From Octopus sinensis (taxonomy: Eukaryota), in assembly GCF_006345805.1 (NCBI RefSeq), contig NC_043012.1, positions 47,678,001 through 47,742,000 on the forward strand: DNA of 64,000 bases, in the 5' to 3' direction. Each line of letters starts with the position of its first letter. The stretch's first letter is position 1. The notes beneath the pieces were generated by a model that saw only the letters and a list, made by a program, of their open reading frames with translations, was not told where the DNA came from and ran no database searches. This document shows, one piece after another, positions 40,051 to 57,121 of this stretch. A program made the translations under genes and the position numbers.

Positions 40051-42206
40051 GCGTATTCTAAGTAATTATGTAACAGGTAACATTGTTATTTCTCAAATCC
40101 CTCATATATTTTAAAAATCATATCTGCGCGATGTGTTCTCATATAATGTGCATAATAGTTAAATTTCCTCTAAAATATATTTTTAGTAAACCTATTATAC
40201 TGTTAGGGTATTGCATCATAAGTAATAAAAGCAATTTACAAAATATGATACGGGTTTCGAAAATATTATAAGCGTTTGAAGCATTAAATATAGGAGGATG
40301 GTTTAAGATTTTGCTCTTAGTGTATGCTTATCTTTTAAGAATTGTGTTTACAGCTAACCCAAAATTTAACATGCTCTCTAGTGAAATTATTTTAGTAGTT
40401 TTAATTTAATTACGGTTTCAGCTGCATTCCTTGGCAAAACAAAGGGTTATCAGTTTTTTTATTTTTTATAATTGTGTTCTGACCTTGTAATTATACCAAT
40501 ATGAAAGAAATTATTTCAAGTTCAGTCTCAAAAAGTAAAATTTTAAAGTTATGAGCAATAGAAGTTTTAGCATTTAATGATGGTCTGATGTAAATTACTA
40601 ACAAATATTAATGTGATTTTTATTCTTTCATACTGGTGTCTACTTCTATATATGACGGGGCTCCAAAACGTCCAAGTTGCTTTTGAGTTTCGAGTGTTAT
40701 ACAAATGCTTAATTATCATTACCCTGTTACTGTAATCAGTCTTCTTACAAATTTATACACATTATATAACACACAACTGTAATGAAAACTCAGTGTACAG
40801 GTATCCATCCCTTTTATATGCCCGAAGACGTTTCAACCTTTTTTTTGCTGACCTAAGCAAGAAAACGAACCTAAATATCGCCGTTGGCATAGAAAAGAAG
40901 ATATAAAACTTGTAATAAGCAATTTATCACTTAATATGGCACATGATATCTCAAATTTGACGCCAAGTGTACACAAGTAATTCAGAAAATTTCGCCAAAG
41001 TTAACATGCTACTGCATATTTTGGTTCTAAAGTTCTCAGTGCATATTGTTAATATTATTTTATTCAGTGGTATTAATATTTTGCTTGCAGCTAGACTGAA
41101 AACTTATTAGTAAGTCTTCAATTTTCTTTCGTAGACTTCGACTTACTACTTGATCGCCATGATTTTCACAGACGCACATTACTAATAATGCAATTTGAAT
41201 TTCTGGGAAAGTTGTCTATTATCTTGGGATTACTAAAATTATAACCTTTTATTTTTCTGCAGGATAATTTCCATACACCATGGAACTTATTTTTAATAAG
41301 AGATGTAATACAAAAGGAAAACTTCGTGACAAATCATATGTTGTTCTGTCTTAGTTTCTGAGACTAAGGTCATACTGATTTCGAAGCCATTTAAGCATAA
41401 TTGATTGGACAATTCTGTATTACTGTGGAAAAACAGATTTGGATATATTTATTTCAGTGTCAGGAGTATGCTAGTAATTCTATTATGTATACTTACTGGT
41501 CTTTTTAGATTCCATTTAATGATTTGTGGCAACAACACGATATTTAGAAATCTATATTTGGAGATTTGGGTTATGATTAGGTTATGTTAGGTATATTATG
41601 AGAAATGTTTTCAGACATTTCTTGTAGCATGTAGGCAGCGTGCAACATAACAACTATAATGGATCTTGTGTCGCACAAATCTGCTTTTAGTAGCCATTAC
41701 GCTAGAGTATAATCCACTGTGCGCTCTGTAGAGACAACAAAATAATGCTTCGTACTGTGGTATTTTACTTAGGCGAAAACAAATCTGATAGACAACTAGT
41801 GAATAAAACGTGCACTTACAAGAATAGAGTTGAATTTTTTTATAATTTAGTGACCAGTGAAAATTACATAGCAGACTTGTGCTTTAGATGGCTTCCTTTT
41901 TCAGAATAATATTTACCGTCGTAGCTGCAGTATCTTCATAGATTCGTATTCTAAGCTAGCTCTTATACAGATATCGAAAAGAAGCGTAAAAGAACCGATT
42001 ATGATATAGATCAATAATTTGATAGATGAAAACAATAACCAAGTTAAACATGGATATTCCAGATTAATATATCTGTAAGAAAATGACATGTACCATTACA
42101 ATATATCAGTTTATTCATCATGAATGCTTATATGTATGTATCTACTCATCTATTTACCTATGTATCTCTCCATACACACACACACACACAACACACACAC
42201 ACATAT

Positions 42207-42256
<50 letters not shown>

Positions 42257-43104
42257 TATATATATGTATGTATGTATGTATGTATATGTATATACATATA
42301 TATGTGTATATAAGACCAGAACAAATGCATACATAGACATACACATACACACACACGTATATACATGTATGTATATATATTTATATATCTCTCTATATTA
42401 TAGTGTGTGTGCGTGTGTCTGTGAGTGTGTGTGTGTGTGCGAGGGAGAGGTGATCTCGTCTTGTCCATTGTATATTTATGTAATCATTTAGTAACGACAA
42501 ATTTACTGGAAAGCTATGAAAACTTTCACGGAAAGCTTTTTTAACTTCTTCAAAGGTATATACATGTCTGCGTATGTTTGCGCCTTAGTACGAGAATCAG
42601 TTACCCGATTCATATAAGCGGTTTCATGAAGGTTCAAATATTATCTGATTCGTTATTACATTTATTACTTGTTATGAAGAACTGTCCATTTTTATATACC
42701 ATATTATCTCATTCTAACTGTATCTGGAAACAGTAGTTTCTCACTGCTAAATCTATTGTTGCAGAGAGCCATGTTGCTCTGTGGGTATATCCTTGCATCT
42801 CCGTTCATTCTGCGAGATTATTGCTACCAAATATTTTTGCCGTGTTATTCCTGTATACAGAGCACATTAACAAATCTTCTGACCCTTCCATTAAGATGGG
42901 TGTGAACAGTGTACCATATCCTTTAATCCAAACCATTATCTACAGCTGGTTTATCTAAGTTGTTGTCCTGTGTTTGGTTGTTGCGTCAAATATACAGCTA
43001 CTGCAAGTTTCAAGTATGAAGGAAATGTGGGCATAAACATCTCTCTCAGAATGGTATATACCTATATATACATACATGCATACATACATACACACATACA
43101 CACA

Positions 43105-43175
<71 letters not shown>

Positions 43176-45224
43176 CCTTTGACCACTAATAAGTATGTTC
43201 TATATAGAGAGTCTCTCGATCTCTTCTGTTAAGGCTATACAAAATCACACACACACATACTCTAGCCAAACACGTAAAAATTGATACATACATGTATATA
43301 TATGATCATACATACATGTTTACATATGTATACACATACGTGTGTGCATGCATGTGTGTGTGTGCGTGTGTAGGATTGAAGCAATGAGGATGTGTAGTGA
43401 AGCTAAAGTGTCACGTGTGCACGGATTCACTCGATAGTCAGGAAAAGGAACTTGAGAGTTTAAAGATGTCTCCTTTTATATGTTAATGTTCTCTACTAAG
43501 CAAGAGCCATTTAGCTACTTGTTCACACTATCTGTAGGAAATACAGCGTCAATCTATCTCAACTGATTTATTATTATTTTTTTTTTGTATAATAATGTAA
43601 TTCTTGTGAAAGTAGTCCTCGTTATATTAGGTCTTTACAAAACACGTTGGTCATAACCGAAATGATATTCGTTCTAAGTGCATGAGATGAAGCTCGGTTT
43701 TGATACAAGCAATAACAACAATAAGATTAGAACAATTAAGGAAAGAAGGAAACGTAATTCATTTATTGTTTGCATGAGAAAGGTCATCACAAAATAATGA
43801 AGTATATTTCATTAATAAAAATTTAGTAAATATGGGAGAAAAAGAGTGATAAATTCGTTCCTTTCCTCTTACATATGAACTGTGTTCTATTTCACATTTA
43901 TCTCACATATTTTTAAATCGTAAGCTACACATCTATTTGCTAATTTTCATGAACTTAAAACTCCCGTAGTTTCCTCTACGAGATGACACCTCATCATTGG
44001 GTGCCAAGATGACTGGCTTCTTTCATCAGTGAACATTGATTGGTTGAGAACATTGATGTTAGTTTTACACACATATATTACGTTGGAAGCTTAGAGGAAA
44101 TAAATAATCCAAAAAGCAGCGTAAAATCCAATTTCTTTTCAGAGATTGGCATAGATTTTGTGAGAAATTGAATCGCAACATTACAATAACAACGACGCAA
44201 AGGTTGGCGAAGAAAATAGAGAAAAAATATATTATCTATGAAAGAGTCAATTTGTTTTCGTCATCTTTATTTCTTTTGGAAATGAATTGTACTTCAGAAA
44301 TAAGAGAAAAAAATAAGATTGAATTGGAAACAAAACTACAGCATTGTGTGTGTAACTCAAACAATAAGTATTCCCTAACATTTAAGTTTCATCCAATATA
44401 ATTAGAAGGCAGCAACAAGCATGATAAAGCACATCTGCAGTTAAGAATGTTAAAGATGTGTTTGTTAGAAAAGATAGAAATATATGTATGAAAATGAGTG
44501 TAAGGCGTCTGTTTGTCTGTGTATGTATACATGCATATATGCATACATATATCTAGGCCTTATATGAGTGGGTGGTTCGCCTGTTGGTACATCGGTCGGA
44601 GGCCAGGAGAGTAAAAAAATAAACATGTTAATAAGTAATGAAACCTATCCATTGAAACAAAGTAAATAATAATAATAATAATAAATGAAAGAACACACCC
44701 GCAAACGTTTGAGTTTTGATAAGAATCAATAGCTTCCGTACCATATAAAATAGCTTTTGGAGGCCTACAGAGGTACACATCGCGCGCGCAATCACACACA
44801 TACATACACCGCACACAGAGCATACACTCACACATAAAATCGTATATGTGAGTGTGTGCAAACACGTGTTTATGTACATTTTGATGGTCACTTATCTGTG
44901 TAGATGTTTAATATCTCAATCAATTTCAATGAAGAATACAATACGATGAGAAACACCCGCCCTAATCACAAAACGACGAGCATTCCGGGTACATGTACAC
45001 CCTCGCATATGATCACATTCTGGTTAGACATATAGAATATATCATCTACGTTTTTGTAGATGCGAGTATAACTCCATAGTAAATAAAAGTTATATGTTTG
45101 TGTATGTACATACGTTTATATGTGTCGGTGTGCATGTCATATAGATTTTTAAATAATTCAATTTATCCTCATATATCTTTTTCCATTTGTGCGCTCACTT
45201 TGAAGTTTAAATAAATACACTTTA

Positions 45225-45590
45225 CCTTGTAATCAGATAGCATCATTTTTCTTCCTCTTGCAATACGGGCAACTCTCTACTTATCAATCTCTATGATTCC
45301 CAATACTGTATCTGCCTGTCAGTCTTCCTTGATCATCTTTTTTGTAAACGAAAAACTTAACACTCTGTGCCTTACTGTTTATAATCTTTAAAGATTCATT
45401 CAATTTCTTAAGATAAATCTCTTCAAATGTTTACCTGATATCCTCATTCTTTATTCATCTGCAACAATCTCACCTCTCTATTTATTATCATATTATCTAT
45501 TTATTATCAAATCTTGTTCTTAATTCTCTATCAAGTGTTTGGCATCACCATTTGGCAATACTGCTTAAAAACGTACCTTCTTTTACATTT
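45225..45590 (-). mobile_element. RTE-like LINE fragment, old
   Basis: TVRHRVLSF...VLGIIE...RIARGRK resembles the RTE C-terminus. Confidence 0.45.
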
Positions 45591-46160
45591 ACCATTGAAG
45601 AATTTTTAGAGTGAAAACCGTATGAATTGTAAAGGAAAAAGATTTATATAACTAAATACTACACCTGATTTTGTCTTTTATAATTTCTAATGTTATTACG
45701 AAATATTATTATGCATTTCACAATTCTATGTGTGTGTTTGTGTGTGTATGTGTGTGTCTGTTTGTTGTGTGTATTTGTGTGCATGTGTGTATGTTTGTCT
45801 GTGTGTGTACGTGCACGCGCATGTGTATTTATACAGTTATAAAGACAGAAAATAGTACGTTAAAATTCATTTCCAATGGTTAAATAAATTTTAGGATACT
45901 ATTTTCTCTCGTTACGTACAACTTTATACACTCCGTATGACTACGTAGATCCCAGATTAAAATTCGAAAATATAGAAAAATATTATTCAGTGAACACTGA
46001 CATTTGTACCACTAACGAACAACCCAACTTCACCGATTTCAGAATTTTTCGCCTCTGTAAATTCTATAATCAGCTCATAAGCAATGAGTCATATCATATC
46101 GCAAAATATAAATCCCTTTTGAATTTCTCTGCCACAAATGACACCATTACTAGGTAAATA

Positions 46161-46329
46161 TTTCTTCTTCTTCTTCTTCTTCTTCTTCTTCTTCTTCTTC
46201 TTCTTCTTCTTCTTCTTCTTCTGCTTCTTCTTCTTCTTCTTCTTCTTCTTCTTCTTCTTCTTCTTCTTCTTCTTCTTCTTCTTCTCTCTTCTTCTTCTTC
46301 TTCTTCTTCTTTTCTTCTTCTTCTTCTTC

Positions 46330-46383
<54 letters not shown>

Positions 46384-46384
46384 T

Positions 46385-46474
<90 letters not shown>

Positions 46475-46492
46475 ATTATTCATCTTCTTCTT
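46161..46492. repeat. Compound (TTC)n-(TTA)n microsatellite
   Basis: Read directly. Confidence 0.95.
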
Positions 46493-46587
46493 CGCCCACT
46501 GCTTAAACAATCACAATCAAGAAACTACATCCCTCATATTAAATATTTCTTCAGATCTGCTGTTACTACCGACCTAGCGTTCACAAC

Positions 46588-46638
<51 letters not shown>

Positions 46639-49304
46639 AAAAGGAAAATGCGCCATGTATTTGAAAAGTATGGAAATATTTTTTTTAAATCCTTTCATAT
46701 AATTTTGCTACAATTGAATTGTTTATCATGCATAACTGAAACCGGTACTAAAATTTTCTTCATGATAAAATTATTTTAGCATGTTCTACCTTGTCCTATT
46801 TTTCTTGTACCTCTACTGTTATTCATTTGTATTTCATTCCCCTGCCCTTCATAAATATTATGGACAGTATATTTGATATAATATACATGTCTGACTAGTT
46901 CAAGAGCGGATTTCTTGACTCCGCCGGGTACTTATGTACCAAGTATGACATTTACATATTATTGTTGTATGTGTATATTATTCTGGCTTAAGTGCCACAA
47001 TTGAAGGTGCTAATTCAACTGAATCTTAATTATGTGTGTGTGTGTGTGAGCGTGCGTGCGTGTTAGTGGCTGTATTTAAGTATGCATAGATATGGAAATG
47101 ATATATTTATATAAAATATACGCAGCTTGTCGAAAATTTCCATACTTCCATACTTTACAATTTCCATACTTCTACTCTTGAAATTGTAAAGACTACATAG
47201 ACAACCTTGTTCGAAGTTATTGTACCATTTAACAATATTGAACCATTTACCAATTTATTTAACCATTTAACACGCTTTCTAAAGATATGTTCATGCAAAA
47301 GGAACAAAAGGAATTGGTATACGTGTCATATAGAAATGAGTTTTCAAAATGTGTGGCATTGTAGTGCAAGAGACGAATCTCCTGCAGTGTGTCTGAACAT
47401 TCAGTACATCATCGTTTGAGCATATCCCCGATAAATTAGAAGAGGAAAGAGCGCGAAGCGACCAATGCCGTGACACATGTCAGTTAATACCTGATGCATT
47501 GTACCACATAGCCATATTTGGGTCCAGTGTAATTAATTCTGGCGAAGTGTCCCTCGACTCAGAGGAAAGCTAACAAGCACTTACATCCACAATTACTACA
47601 CCCAAACATATATAGATGTATTAAAATACTGCCATGCTGACATTCAATTGCATATATGATATCATATATTTGTGCATGTGCGTGTCTGTGAGTGTCTGTT
47701 TATATGCTATATATTAAACAGGTGCATATGAATATATGTATATGTATATGTATATATATATATAAAGGTATATATGCATGTATATATATATGTATATATA
47801 TATATATATAAGTTTGTAGCTGCGTATTCAAGTATCCATGTGTATCTATATATATATAGACAGATATATTCACAACCAGTGAGTGAACGAGACAGAGATT
47901 AAGGAACACACGTAGCGTATATATAAATGAAGATATATAAAAGTTATTATGTGATAATGGCATTTAATAAAGGATATACAGCACTTCTATTCGGGCAACT
48001 TGTATGGAAATTAGTAAATAAGTTTGCCTAATTACCAATACTTGTAGTCTGCTTTATGTGGATGGGTAATAATCCATTAAGCTTGAACAATTCCCCTTAC
48101 CAAATTAAAGTCCGCTGTTAATGTTATTGGAGTTACATCATGGATACTATGGTGGCTTTATTGTCCATTAATTACTAATTCATCAATTGTATGTACAAAT
48201 GTTACTTATGACGGTTTTCCGAACGAAGTAGCTTTCTAGCATTTAACGACATGAACTAGCTGGCGGGTGGTGAGATTGTTAATGAATACGTATAAACATA
48301 CAAGGACATATGAATTTGAGCTGCTTACGGTGTATTCTCAAATGTATATACACCAAATAAATAGATAAATACTTTGTACGATCTATAGGGAATTCATTAT
48401 CGTATGCATTCAATAATTCCAGGCGAATGGAAGGCATATATAATTTTTTCCCTCGCTGGAGTAAACGACCTTCTCTCTCATAAAATTACCAAGATTAGCT
48501 TTACCGTTTTTCTCTCTTTTCTGATTTGTTAATTCACACTGCTACATAGAATGTTTGATGAACACGAACTAAAACATAAACGCTGGTCATTAATTACAAT
48601 ATCTACGCAAGGATGTTCTCTGTATGCGTGTACATGCACATATTTCATACTCACATATTCACCAATATATGTGTGTGCGTACGTGTGTGCGTACGTGTGT
48701 GCGTGTGTGTGTTAGTGTTTATATGTGTGTGTATGTACAACATTGAGTTAATATTATGCCTGATGACGTAAGGCAATAGCTACATATAAATAGTGCTCGT
48801 GTTATCTGGATACCTAAATTCTAGTCTAAGCTGCAACCGAAATAGCATGGATGATATTGAAGCGTAATAAATATTGACTATAGGAAGTGTTTCAGTTGAA
48901 CAGGTACGTGTAGAAAATAAAATACACAGTATCAAACAACTTGCATCATGTCAGAATATGATAAATACGTACATGCATACATACATATACATACATAGAT
49001 ATGCATGCATACATACATATATATAAAAGTAATTTTAGAGACGGAACCACCTTCAACTCAATCAACACTGAAGGATTTTATAGCCGAACACTCCACTAAA
49101 TATTAAATATTAAATCTTATACTAACTATATCTATTCTGAATCCCGTATTTTCCGTTTATTAGAATACACGTGTGTCACGAAAGTACGTCGGTATTGGTT
49201 AGATACGAGGTATCTAATTTCAAAACTTAATACATACATACATACATACATACATAATACATACATACATACATACATAATACATACATCATACATATAC
49301 ATAT

Positions 49305-49396
<92 letters not shown>

Positions 49397-49876
49397 CTAC
49401 TTACTTCTGGAATGTGCCAAGGAAAATGAAAGAAGTGGTGATTTAAAATCAATTTCCTCAACACTAAATTAAGAAAATCGTATTGAATCTTCATATAGAT
49501 GATGATATTCAGAGACGGGATCACGGACATAAAAGAAAAATCTTTCTAAGAAATTATAAGAATAAAAAATGCTTACAAATAATATCCTAAGAACATTTTG
49601 GATACCCGTATACTAAATATCAAAGTTATTGATTCTTTATCAATGGGAGAATGCCCCACAATATCACAGGAAGTTTCTCGTAAACTATAACCATAACCCT
49701 AACCCAAACTACCTGTATAACGATATTCTTGCATTTCGCTTCTGACAATGACACATTACAGAACAATCAACCTACAGAGCCATCAAATTTGTGATCATAA
49801 ACTTCAAAAGAGGAAAATAGGCTTTAACAATACCTTTCTACTAAGATGACGTCATCTAGATGAAAACAAATTCTTA

Positions 49877-50318
49877 CGCAGGCGCAGTTAAGGGGTATGA
49901 AGTTCGCTTTTCAACCACATGCTGCAGGGCTGTGGCCCAGTGCATGGTAACTTGGGCAAGTGTCTTCGGCCATAGCCTTGTGAGTGCATTTGCTAAATAG
50001 AAACTAAAAGAAGTCCGTCGTATAATATGCATACATGTGTGTGTATATGTGTGCGGTGGTGCGTGCCTCTTTATGTCGGTGCTTGTCCTCGAATCTAAGA
50101 ACCGGTGTTGGTGTGTTAACGTCCCCGTACTTAGCAGTACGTCAATAGAGACGGATAACGAAATACCAGGCTTAAAATTGCGTTTTAAACCTGGTATGAA
50201 GTATATGACGTAAATTTTTTCGACTAAAATATCTTCAATTCGACTAAGAGTTCACCAACATGGTGCCCCAGCATGGCTGCTGTCTACTGAATAGAAGAGT
50301 GAGCGATAAAAGATAAAA
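49877..50318 (+). mobile_element. SINE family A, diverged
   Basis: ttgggcaagtgtctt body and ggtgccccagcatggctgc tail. Confidence 0.75.
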
Positions 50319-50466
50319 GGTATGCCAATCGTTGTTAGTGTTGGTAAATCTAACAGCAGCAGTTAAAACCGCACCAGACTATGTGAATGCATATGTATAC
50401 GTACATGCATATTTACATAACAAACATACATACATGTATACATACATACATACATACATACATACA

Positions 50467-50497
<31 letters not shown>

Positions 50498-50499
50498 TA

Positions 50500-51832
<1,333 letters not shown>

Positions 51833-51919
51833 TACACGCAGACACAAATGCATATATGTGTGTATGTATGTATGTACCTGTGTATTTTGGTATACATGTA
51901 CATGCAGTCATTTATTCTT

Positions 51920-52260
51920 TCCAGCCATTCTGCTGTGGTTCTACTGGATATCCACCATGACATATTCTTTGGGGCTGATTGCTTCAGGATGGTGGGATTT
52001 CATATCCCCACTCCTATATATACTATTTCCTTTCATTATTGGTGTATGAGGGAACTTACCACCGCTTTCTTCATCTGCCCCTCATGCCGGGACGTGATGT
52101 TCATCCACTATCGTGGGTAGGAAAATGTTTTGTTCATATTTGAAGACTTACCTGCCCACATTCTGTAGGTTTCTTAATTTTTTACCAGGGCACTGAAGAG
52201 CTCTGGGCCTCTGAACCCATCAACTTAATGTGACAGTCCCATGAAGAGGACTGTTATTTA
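51920..52260 (-). mobile_element. CR1/L2-like LINE 3' fragment
   Basis: GFRGPELFSAL..LRNLQNV..VFKYEQNIFLPTIVDE resembles the LINE ORF2 C-terminus. Confidence 0.55.
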
Positions 52261-52440
52261 ACCATAAGAAACACCATTTCCTGTGTCCTTATGTTTTTCA
52301 AGTGGAGACATATGTGTGTGTCTGCATATATATATACATACATACCTACATATATGCACATACAAATATTTATGCAGACACACTCACACGCACACACACA
52401 CAAACACATATATATATATATACATAGACGCATATATATA

Positions 52441-52513
<73 letters not shown>

Positions 52514-53000
52514 TGTGTGTATGTGTATGCATATATTTCTGAATCTGTATGTGTTGGTGTGTTTAATAAACTTTTTTACTGAAAGAGATTTCCAGAAGAT
52601 ATACTCTTCTATGGCTTTATTCAGATTAAAGCACGGCCGGAAACCGTCATTCTTGTTCAGCTAAGATGTAGCGGACGGAAACGAGATTTCTTCCCTTCTG
52701 CTAGCAAACACTGGTGAAGAGTAACTTGCTTTTGGCAAAGAGTAATCTTCTTTCTCATTTTATTTATTCATTTATTTGTTTATTTCTGTTTTGTTTCTTG
52801 TAGCATAGCGACTTCTCTTGTGCAACATTTTCTCTGATATACATTTTAACATGGACCGAAGGATTCCCTGAAATCAAATCGATTATTCTATTTAAATCAA
52901 ACTCTGGTTATATGATTGAAAAAGATGGAATGTAAACATACGAATGCAACTCTACATGCATCATGCACATACGCATATACCTCTGTTTCTCTCTCTCTCT

Positions 53001-53038
<38 letters not shown>

Positions 53039-53071
53039 CCAAACAATAAGTAACAAGAATGGATCGGTAGT

Positions 53072-53154
53072 TTAGTACAATTGTTTCATACTATAACAAT
53101 TTATTAAAGCTGCAAATATTACAGCAAATATAATGTTAAGTAATCTTCAGCTAA
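53072..53154 (-). ncRNA. Minimal type I hammerhead
   Basis: TTAG-CTGAAGA-T TAC...GTA T-GAAAC-AATT-GTA^-CTAA, in an insert (53037-53285) between (TA)n tracts. Confidence 0.8.
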
Positions 53155-54587
53155 TTTCATATAGGTTTTCCAAACATCTTAGAGAGTGTAAATATACTTA
53201 TAAAGTTATAGATGTGAGCTCCAGGAACTTGAAGCAAGATTCCAAGCAGACCATATATGCTTTCCAACAATACAAAGTTCTTAAATTATATATATATATA
53301 TATACACTTAAATAGCGTGCGTTCATTTCAGACATCTAGAACCACCTACTTCTCAGTAATGTATGGAACTTTCCAATTTATCCCATGTTTCCGATTCTTA
53401 TAACATTTTACTTATTAACTCAGTGTAGATTTGTAATCAATTTGATTACAATTCGATCTCACCTCGTCTTCCTCTGTTAACTACCCTTCGTCATCTTACT
53501 CCTCCTACCTCGACATTCCACCCCGTGTTTCCATAAGCAATGCTTCCTTCCTACTCACTTCCTTCATTTATCGGTCCAACTCCCTCCTTTTCTTTACCCC
53601 AACTTGATCTTCCGTTAGCCCTTCATTCCCATCCATCTTTTTCCCATATTTCTTCCTTTTAGTTTTCCTCTGAAATGCAGATTTAAAATCAATTCAATTT
53701 GATCAATTATTTCAGACTGGAAGTTTTGGCTCGTGACACTAAATCTTTAAGTAATTACATTTTGAGCCTACAATCCACTTTGCCAACATAGAAATCCTCG
53801 TAATAATTTCAGAACCTTTTGAATTTGGAAATATTTTTAACCTGAGTTCAAATGAAGTATTCACAATTGCTTAATAATTTTGCATTGTTGACTATCTATC
53901 TAAATACCTATTATATATATGTATGTGTGTATGTATATATGTATGTATCTATATATATATATATCATTGTTTGTTTGTCTATTTCCCTCTCTCCATTTAT
54001 TTATAAATTAATTTATCTATTTATCTATCTGTCTTTCTTTCATTTTTTCTTTCTATCTATCTGTCTATCTATCTAATGTGTGTATATATATTTTAATGTT
54101 TCATATATGAATATTATATGATTATCTAATAAGAAAGCATATATTTATATGAAATATAATCAAATATTAATGTACATATTTATATATTTATATCTTCATA
54201 CAGCCTCGAAACATAGATCCATATTGTATTGAAATCTATTTGATTTGAAGAGCTGTGAAAATTGAATTCATTCTTAACTTATAAAAAAATTATACGCCTT
54301 TACACATTGGACAACATTGTGCAACTTCTTTGCACAAAATTCTTCTTAGATGATTCTGTAGATTCTAAGACGAAAAATAGAAATATTCTTAATATTTCAT
54401 TTGGAAAATATATCGTAAAAGTATAGTCTTTACTTAGAAAATTACTAGAAATTTATACTTAGGTGATGGATGAGAAAATGTATATGTTTAATAGCAAAGA
54501 GAGAGTGAAATATCTTACATTCAAAGCCGATTATATGATAGTTGCACTGCCTCTAAAATTATTCGTGCTGGGAAATACTCTTAACTC

Positions 54588-54677
54588 TCCTCTTCCAGGA
54601 TAATTGCCCAAATCGTTCTCAATTTCCGCACGAAAACGAATGGCCATAATTTGCATGAAAATCAATAAACACCAACT
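54588..54677 (-). pseudogene. CATSPERG-like pseudo-exon
   Basis: SWCLLIFMQIMAIRFRAEIENDLGNYPGRG vs [32 protein letters not shown]; in-frame TAA stops immediately upstream. Confidence 0.55.
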
Positions 54678-56225
54678 TGGGCGTTATTATCTTTAACAAG
54701 TCTTTCTCAGTTTTCATGTTATCGGAGAACTTTAAACTAAAAGGATTTCATTTTTTTAGAAATTTCTGTCATTTCCTTTTTTTTTATTTTTCTTTTCTTT
54801 TTTTTTTTCTTCGATAATCCATATTTCACTAAAATAGGCTGATTGTGATTTGCACGCTTTGAAACTGGGAACACTCTCTGTTCATTTCTTCAGTTGCGAA
54901 TAACAGAACCACAAGCAAACTACTACATAACTCAATACTAATATAACTGTACCAACTGTGAAATATATTGTTAGTTATTAGTTATCCAGTTAAATCATTT
55001 ACGCTAATGCGTGCACTTTGATATCATAGTAAGAGTATATTTTTCAATTGGCTGTCTTTTTATTTTTTCTCTCCGTATATCAGAAAATTCCTACTTTCTG
55101 CAGGAACTTACAATTGTTTCCATTGCATTGAATTATTGAATAATGTTTTTGACCCTGGAGTGTACAGAGCACTCCACGTCTTCACAATAATCAAGTCAAA
55201 CATGAACAATTTTTAGTGTATTAAGATCTACTATCTCACAATACTTGTTGCTCGAAAGGCTTAGCAAGTGGTTTGTCATTGTCAAACAGCAGCAGAAATT
55301 ACATTGTATGGACATATAATGCTGCAGCAATTAGGCAAAACTTCGTTTTCTCTTTCTCATCCGGTCTATAGATGAAATACAACAATAAATAATTGAATTC
55401 TTTCTACCTCAGCAGAAAGCATTTACCAAACGCAAATGAAACAACGTAAAACTATGGATTTGCCAACAATATTACATGTTTCTGCGAAATTATTTGTCTG
55501 AAAGAGGAAACGAAATCACACCTTAAAGCTAGATATAATTTTTTGCTATGATTGTGTTTCATTTCAAAGCAAATTCAGATTTTCTATATTATTATTTAAA
55601 ACTCAAAGCAAAGTATCATTTGATGGCAATAGAGGAAATGGATTGTTTAACGAACGTGTCGTATTAAATAGTGAATGCAGTGAAATCGCTGCAGATGAGA
55701 ATTGAAACATAACACTGTCACATCGTGAGTCATTTTTAATCTCCGTTGAAGAAACAATTACACTGTACGAATTGATGGGATCCAGAGAAAGAGACAAGAT
55801 TTACATTTCTGCTTCCATTTAATTTACTTGCATCTTTAAACTGCATTGGAAACGCCACGTTGAATTTGAATAACCATGTGGTATAGGAGATAACCGTACT
55901 GTATATACTGTTTGTGGTACGGAGTCATGTCACAATGAAACCATGTTTTTCACAGAGGTAGGATGCAATGAAATGTTAATAGGATTTTCTTGTTCTTATT
56001 TTATAACCATTAGTCAGGATTATTTTAGCAGATTCAAGACCATAGACATTATCACCGAGATGTATAGGTGGTCTTTATTTGCAGTATCCTTTTACTTTTA
56101 AGAGAACATGTGATTTGTTGGAGCAATGGTTATTTTAAGAGGCTATCGACATTATGTATGCTTCCTCTTCATTGTCACTTAGTACATATAGAATGTATAT
56201 ACCTAATCCAATTAGGTATATAGAA

Positions 56226-56291
56226 TGCATATAGAATGTATATACCTAATCCAATTATATAATTGGATTAGGTATATACATTCTATATGCA
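56226..56291. repeat. Perfect 66-bp palindrome with upstream partial duplicate (56185-56214)
   Basis: tgcatatagaatgtatatacctaatccaattat|ataattggattaggtatatacattctatatgca. Confidence 0.95.
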
Positions 56292-56430
56292 GCTTCCAAT
56301 ACGACATTCATTTGCCTCCATTGGAACCAGCTTCTGGGGTAAGGCAACGTCTGTTCCACTACAAGAATGCAGTTTATTCAGTAATGCTTAGTTCTCTCCG
56401 TACGTTGTGAGAAGCAATATTCCACAACGC
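56280..56430 (-). pseudogene. CATSPERG-like pseudo-exon with 1-nt frameshift
   Basis: cag|ALWNIASHNVRRELSIT, frameshift, then INCILVVEQTLPYPRSWFQWRQMNVVLEAAYR vs [45 protein letters not shown]. Confidence 0.65.
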
Positions 56431-56899
56431 CTGTCGATAAAATTCGACAATATTTTTGCCATTATTATAGCAAAGAAATGACTAAATAAATGATGATATA
56501 TATATATATAAACGATTTCTTTTGAAACGCGCGTTAAATCATGATATTGCCTTTTTATTACGAATGTTTAACAGTGATTATAATTGTTAGTGTGGTTTTA
56601 CAGTATTATGGCAACTAATTTTCCTCTGTTTGTGAAAATGTGATTTCTTAGCTAAATGTTATATAGTCAAAACATCTTTATAGTACAATGGGAACGTCTC
56701 TGATCATAGATCTCAACAATTAAATTTGGCTTATTGTTAAGTAACAACAAATCTATTGAAACTACATCGCATTCGAGCTTAGAGAGCAACATATCTTTCT
56801 ATAAACACAATGCCATGCTGCGAGGAATAGTGATATTCTTTATGCATAAAGCAGTCTATATTCTCTTTCTAAGAAAACTTAATAGGTTGATAGCAGGTG

Positions 56900-56947
56900 C
56901 TTTATTCCTGATACATGAATATCAAATATTGTATATACCAGATATAG
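56900..56947 (-). pseudogene. CATSPERG-like pseudo-exon
   Basis: After AG reads LYLVYTIFDIHVSGIK vs KYLGFPYYLKINYSCEEK; weak match, supported by its position in the series. Confidence 0.35.
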
Positions 56948-57121
56948 CTAATCATTTGGTTCGCACATATAATATAAATCGAAACATTAAAGTCTGAAGG
57001 GATATGCATTTATATCTTTGCTATTATGTTAAACTGCCGTACGTCCACTTTTGACCAAATGCGTTTTAATTTCCAATATTTATTTTTGCTTGCAATAGCC
57101 GTTTCTTTTTTGTTAATCTAT

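Noticed and set aside
49685-49710. taaccataaccctaaccc telomere-like motif
   Set aside because: Only about two units; not an interstitial telomeric array.
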